Assembly (NCBI GenBank): GCA_012840975.1
Contig: DUVP01000031.1
Coordinates: 5,432 to 69,431, forward strand
DNA length: 64,000 bases
Source of the DNA: Mogibacterium sp.
GTDB lineage: Bacteria > Bacillota > Clostridia > Peptostreptococcales > Anaerovoracaceae
Direction: 5' to 3'
Shown: positions 59,596 through 64,000 of the stretch, in pieces
How positions within the stretch are numbered: position 1 is the first letter of the stretch
Layout: each line of letters begins with the position of its first letter
Notes under the pieces: generated by a model
Told to the model about the DNA's origin: nothing
The model's input: the letters and a program-made list of their open reading frames with translations, nothing else
The model's database searches: none
Position numbers and translations under genes: made by a program

Positions 59596-59661
59596 GAGAT
59601 ATATTACATAATATAGAGTGTAAAATCAAGATTAATTCAGAAAAAAAGGTATTAAGGTTGT

Positions 59662-60258
59662 TTATAAAAGGGAACAGTTCTTAAGAATCTTGTCAATAGA
59701 AGTATAAAGTTCATCCAATGTTCCATCATTTGAAATAATTATATCTGCTTCTTTTTTTTTAAAATCATCAGTTTTCTGAACTTGCATGATTTTTTCAATA
59801 GATTCTTTGTCTATTGCATCTCTGAGCATAACCCTTTTTAATCGAGTGTTATAGTCAGCGGTAATTAGCCACACAAAATCATAATTATCCTGTTGATTTT
59901 TCTCGAAAAGCAAAGGGATATCAAAGAATATAACCTTAAAACCGGAATTCAAAGCATCAGATTTAATCTTGTCAATTCTCTGAATCACAGCTTCAGTAGT
60001 TCCTTTTTCCAGTATCTTCAGAGCTTTAGAATCAGTATAAACGAGAGCTCTCATAGCCTCTCTATCCATACTTCCGTCTTCAAGGATATAAGATGAACCA
60101 AAATGTTCTCTTATATAAGGTATTGCATCTCCAGCGGGTGCAGTCATTTGCCTTGAAATTGCATCAGCATCAACAACTATAAATCCTAAGGAAATAAGAT
60201 ATTCCGTAACTGTTGATTTGCCTGAGCCTATACCGCCTGTTATTGCTACTGTGATCAT
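59662..60258 (-). CDS. coaE: Dephospho-CoA kinase
   Basis: MITVAITGGIGSGKST.... Typical polA-coaE pairing. Confidence 0.93.
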   Translation of the reverse strand: MITVAITGGIGSGKSTVTEYLISLGFIVVDADAISRQMTAPAGDAIPYIREHFGSSYILEDGSMDREAMRALVYTDSKALKILEKGTTEAVIQRIDKIKSDALNSGFKVIFFDIPLLFEKNQQDNYDFVWLITADYNTRLKRVMLRDAIDKESIEKIMQVQKTDDFKKKEADIIISNDGTLDELYTSIDKILKNCSLL

Positions 60259-60281
60259 AAAGCGAACCACCTACTTATAAA

Positions 60282-62942
60282 TCATTTCAAATCATACCAA
60301 TTCTTGGCAACATTTAACTCACAACTTAATTCTACAGCGAGATCTGCAGCATTCTTCATGCATCTTTCAAGAATTTCTTTTACTTTCTCAACTTCATTAT
60401 CAGGACCTTCTACAATAAGTTCGTCATGGATTTGTAATATTAATTTTGAAGAAAGATTTTTCTCTGCTAATTCTAATGAAACAGCATTCATAGCAATTTT
60501 TATTATGTCTGCTGCAGTACCTTGTATTGGAGTGTTCATAGCAAGACGTTTCGCAAGCTCTTTTTCTACATATTTTCTTGAAGAAAACTCAGGGATTTGA
60601 CGTAATCTTCCAAAATATGTTCTTACTTCTCTGGTTTCTTCACCATTACGGATGTTTTTATCAAGGTAATCCTTGACAGCCTGATGCTTCTCAAAATAGT
60701 CGTTAATATATCTTTCCCCTTCTTTACGTGAAATATTAAGACTTTCGCTGAGACCAAAGCTGCTCATTCCATATATAACTCCAAAATTAACAGCTTTTGC
60801 TTTTGTCCTGTCAAGTGCAGTGACCTTATCTTCAGGAATCCCGAAAATTCGAGAAGCTGTTATCCTGTGAATGTCTTTATTATCGTTAAATGCTTGAATC
60901 AGAGATTTATCACCACTTAAGGCCGCCAGAATTCTCAGTTCAATCTGTGAATAATCAGCTGCTGTAAAGGAATTGGTTTTTTCAGAAACGATAAATGCCT
61001 TACGTATAAGTCTTCCGTAATCATCTCGAATAGGAATGTTTTGAAGATTTGGTTCAGTACAACTTAATCTGCCTGTTGCTGCAACAGTCTGATTAAAATG
61101 CGGGCGAATTTTACCATCAGAACCTATTAGAGAAAGAAGTCCGTCTACATAGGTATTTTTAAGCTTTGTCAATTTTCTGTACTGCAAAACATTTTCAATA
61201 ATCGAATAATTGTCTTTTAGCTTGTCAAGAATATCTACAGCAGTAGAATATCCGCTTTTACTCTTTTGACCCGGATAAGGAATCTGAAGATGATCAAATA
61301 ATACCTGACCGAGTTGTTTTGGTGAGTTAATATTAAATTCAAGTTTTGCCTCTCTGTAAATAGATTCCTGAAGAAATAACACATTATCGTCAATCTCCCG
61401 TCCTATGGAATCTAGAATTTCCGCATCACAGGATATGCCTTCTCTTTCCATTTTTGCTAATGTAAGTATCAATGGCATATCACATTTTTTAAAAAGTTCA
61501 AGAAGTTTTTTTTCTTCAAGGTGTTTCGATTGCTTATTCATAACTTTATTGATGTAAAAAAGTCTTTTCTTTAAGTAATCGATATCTAAATTAATTGAAT
61601 ATACCAAGCCTTCTTCGCCTGTATAGGAAGATTCCTCCTGACTAGGGGCATATTTGCTGTACTTAAATAACATCTTGCCAAGAATATATTTGCTGGTATT
61701 AGGCTGAAGCAAATATTCAGCAACTACAACGTCATATTCTAAATAAAAATCGCAATCACAAAAAGCCAGAAAAGAATAAAGGGTTCTCTTTAAATTGAAG
61801 CCGCAGAATTTATATTTTTTGCCGGCAAGTAAATTTAAAGATATGGAAATATTCATAGGCGTGAATTCTTCAAAGCAAAATAATCCTGTCTTAGCTGAAT
61901 ATAAAATTATTCCGCGTAAATCCGGTTTTCCTACATGATTATCGTCAGTTAAAGCTTCTATTATAATTTCGGAATTATTATCAGTAGAGGAAATAAATGT
62001 TTTTAAATCAACAGAGATAATTTTATCCAGTTCAGAATCAAAGACATTTGAATCATCGTATCCATCTTCATTCATTGCCAGATCTGATGAATTCAGTCTT
62101 TTTATAAAAGAATAAAATTCGAGTTCAGTATACAGGTCGGATAAAGCTGAGATATTAGGGGCTTGCAACTTAAAATCGTCCCAATTAAAATCCATTGGAA
62201 TATCAGTTTCGATAGTAGCGAGCCATTTAGAAAATTTTGCGGATTCTATATTGTTTCGTATATTTTCTCCTAATTTGCCGGGGATTGAATCTGAGTTTTT
62301 TAAAACATTTTCCAGTGTGTTAAATTCCTGAAGAAGAGCAATTCCTCTCTTCTCACCTACCCCCGGAACTCCCGGAATATTGTCTGATGCATCTCCCATC
62401 AATCCTTTAAGATCAATAAATTGCTCAGGTGTAAGAGAATACCTTTCCATCATTGCCTCTGTGTCGTATATGTCAAATTCGCTCATACCTTTTCTGTTGA
62501 TAAGAACTTTGATATTTTCATCTATAAGCTGCAGTTCATCCTTATCGCCTGAAATTATTAGAGTGGAAATATTGTTTTCAGAGGCTTTTTTTGCAACGGT
62601 TCCAATCAAGTCATCGGCTTCATATCTTGGATTCTCAAGAATAGCAATATTCATAGCCTCAAGAATTTTATGTAAAATCGGAATTTGAGACAATAATTCT
62701 ATAGGTGTCTTGAGTCTTCCTGCTTTATATTCAGGATAAACTTCGTGTCGAAACGTTTTCTCTTTCATATCAAAAGCGATAGCAAGATAATCAGGTTCAT
62801 AATCCTTCATTATCCTGCGAAGCATATTTATAAAAGCATAAATACCCTGCGTATGCACCCCTTTTGAGGTTACCATTGGACGCATAGCAAAATATGCTCT
62901 GAATAAAAGGCTGTTACCATCAATTAAAATTAATTTTTTCAT
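60282..62942 (-). CDS. polA: DNA polymerase I
   Basis: 5' nuclease domain (LILIDGNSLLFRAYFA), and polymerase motifs DYSQIELRILA, RTKAKAVNFGVIYG and QIHDELIVE. ATG 62942. Confidence 0.97.
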   Translation of the reverse strand: MKKLILIDGNSLLFRAYFAMRPMVTSKGVHTQGIYAFINMLRRIMKDYEPDYLAIAFDMKEKTFRHEVYPEYKAGRLKTPIELLSQIPILHKILEAMNIAILENPRYEADDLIGTVAKKASENNISTLIISGDKDELQLIDENIKVLINRKGMSEFDIYDTEAMMERYSLTPEQFIDLKGLMGDASDNIPGVPGVGEKRGIALLQEFNTLENVLKNSDSIPGKLGENIRNNIESAKFSKWLATIETDIPMDFNWDDFKLQAPNISALSDLYTELEFYSFIKRLNSSDLAMNEDGYDDSNVFDSELDKIISVDLKTFISSTDNNSEIIIEALTDDNHVGKPDLRGIILYSAKTGLFCFEEFTPMNISISLNLLAGKKYKFCGFNLKRTLYSFLAFCDCDFYLEYDVVVAEYLLQPNTSKYILGKMLFKYSKYAPSQEESSYTGEEGLVYSINLDIDYLKKRLFYINKVMNKQSKHLEEKKLLELFKKCDMPLILTLAKMEREGISCDAEILDSIGREIDDNVLFLQESIYREAKLEFNINSPKQLGQVLFDHLQIPYPGQKSKSGYSTAVDILDKLKDNYSIIENVLQYRKLTKLKNTYVDGLLSLIGSDGKIRPHFNQTVAATGRLSCTEPNLQNIPIRDDYGRLIRKAFIVSEKTNSFTAADYSQIELRILAALSGDKSLIQAFNDNKDIHRITASRIFGIPEDKVTALDRTKAKAVNFGVIYGMSSFGLSESLNISRKEGERYINDYFEKHQAVKDYLDKNIRNGEETREVRTYFGRLRQIPEFSSRKYVEKELAKRLAMNTPIQGTAADIIKIAMNAVSLELAEKNLSSKLILQIHDELIVEGPDNEVEKVKEILERCMKNAADLAVELSCELNVAKNWYDLK

Positions 62943-62973
62943 AGTTACCCCTTGCAACGCAACAACATATCAT

Positions 62974-63160
62974 AAAAAATTCCCGGCATATCGTTAAGCT
63001 GATAATTGACGCCCTATCGAATTAAGATAAGGTGGGTACTTTCTCGGCTGAACCTCTGTAGTCCACTCTTTGGAGGCTTTACATAACATCTTCGCGTTGA
63101 AATCCCTTTAAGTATGTGTAGGTTCAATTAATGCAGCTTATCGCATATTCCAGGAATGTG
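62974..63160 (-). ncRNA. Candidate structured small RNA, best guess 6S RNA (ssrS)
   Basis: Minus strand. TATAAT at 63169-63174. About 10 nt later, ATTCCTGGAATATGCGATAAGCTG (63157-63134) pairs with CAGCTTAACGATATGCCGGGAAT (63001-62979). The helix extends through TAATTGA/TCAATTA and CCTA/TAGG around a large internal region with an apical hairpin AGCCTC...GAGGTT. It ends in TTTTTT. About 187 nt, non-coding. Confidence 0.45.
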
Positions 63161-63183
63161 TGTTTATTATTATATATTTGTTA

Positions 63184-63906
63184 TTATTCTTCTTCAACTA
63201 ATTCACAGTTATAGTAGACTTTTTGTACATCATCATTATCTTCAAGAGCGTTTATAAGTTTGACGATGGATTTCATGTCTTCAGGATTTGTTACATTTGA
63301 CTCTATAGAAGGAACATATTCAACTTCCGCTTCAAATATATCATAGCCTGCTTCTTTGATGATTTTATGAACATCACTGAATGATGAAGGTTCCGTTCTT
63401 ATCTCAAAATTATCTTCATTGACAATCATATCGTCTGCCCCTGCATCAAGAGCAAGCATTAAGACTTCATCTTCATCAAGATTTTCGGAATCTATTACGA
63501 TAACGCCTTTACGAAAGAACATGTATGAAACACAACCAGGTGTTCCGAGATTGCCTCCGTGCTTATCAAAAACCGATCTTACAAAAGGAGCAGTTCTGTT
63601 TTTATTATCTGTAAGAGCTACTACGATTATTGCAACTCCGGATGGACCATAACCTTCAAATATAAGTTCTTCATAGTTCTCGCCGCTGAGTTCGCCGGTG
63701 CCTTTTTTTATTGCCCTGTCTATATTGTCATTAGGCATTCCTATAGATTTAGCCTTATCTATTGCAATTCTCAAAGCGGGATTAAAATCCGGGTCTCCTC
63801 CGTTTTTTGCTGCAACAATTATTTGTCTTGAATATTTGGTGAACATAGCAGCTCGTTTGGAATCCTGTGCTGATTTTCTATTGGCAATTGTGCCATGTCT
63901 ACCCAA
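63184..63906 (-). CDS. yebC: YebC/PmpR family DNA-binding regulator / translation factor
   Basis: GRHGTIANRKSAQDSKRAAMFTKYSRQIIVAAKNGGDPDFNPALRIAIDKAK. TTG start 8 nt after GGAGG. Confidence 0.92.
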   Translation of the reverse strand: MGRHGTIANRKSAQDSKRAAMFTKYSRQIIVAAKNGGDPDFNPALRIAIDKAKSIGMPNDNIDRAIKKGTGELSGENYEELIFEGYGPSGVAIIVVALTDNKNRTAPFVRSVFDKHGGNLGTPGCVSYMFFRKGVIVIDSENLDEDEVLMLALDAGADDMIVNEDNFEIRTEPSSFSDVHKIIKEAGYDIFEAEVEYVPSIESNVTNPEDMKSIVKLINALEDNDDVQKVYYNCELVEEE

Positions 63907-64000
63907 TAGTAATACCTCCGATTTCGAGCTTTTGTATTAAAAGTATATACCATAAGCAAGTGAAGTTCAAGATTCATGAAATAAGAGACATGTACAATTA

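Overview
This is low-GC (about 35%) Firmicutes/Clostridia-like chromosomal DNA, densely packed with housekeeping genes. I saw no CRISPR array, prophage, IS element, toxin-antitoxin pair or obvious defence island. Every gene in 1-20569 is on the + strand: ftsK', rimO, pgsA, cinA, recA, rplU-rpmA-obg, comEA, a buk / 2-oxoacid:ferredoxin oxidoreductase / buk cluster, alaS-ireB-ruvX and a ClC channel. Every gene in 20795-64000 is on the - strand: yebC, polA-coaE, two tRNA-Leu, yajC, secDF, relA, hisS-aspS, nadD-yqeK-rsfS-leuS, rnj, efp, mltG-trmR-trhP, asp23-nusB-xseAB-ispA-dxs-tlyA and mutS-mutL-miaA. The two blocks converge in a 225-bp gap at 20570-20794.

Observations worth a second look:
1. 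The convergent strand switch looks like a replication terminus. It holds a 15-bp-arm palindrome with a third direct half-site, which could be a dif-like site. A catalytically intact, XerS-like long tyrosine recombinase lies 3 kb away inside the mutSL-miaA operon.
2. mutS is split by a -1 frameshift in an A5 run.
3. A YneA-like SOS cell-division inhibitor has a perfect sigma-A promoter and three LexA (Cheo) boxes, but no lexA next to it. recA also carries a Cheo box.
4. An orphan protein carries only the Spo0A C-terminal DNA-binding domain.
5. L21 has a C-terminal HeH/Rho_N-like extension. The rplU-rpmA pair lacks Prp, and L27 lacks its N-terminal propeptide.
6. Two diverged butyrate kinases flank a four-subunit 2-oxoacid:ferredoxin oxidoreductase and an uncharacterised P-loop NTPase. 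No phosphotransacylase is present.
7. A roughly 187-nt highly structured RNA lies between yebC and polA and is a candidate 6S RNA.
8. A divergent TsaD/Kae1-like paralog sits where Bacillus subtilis has folD.

Every call comes from reading the translations and sequence by eye. No database search was run.
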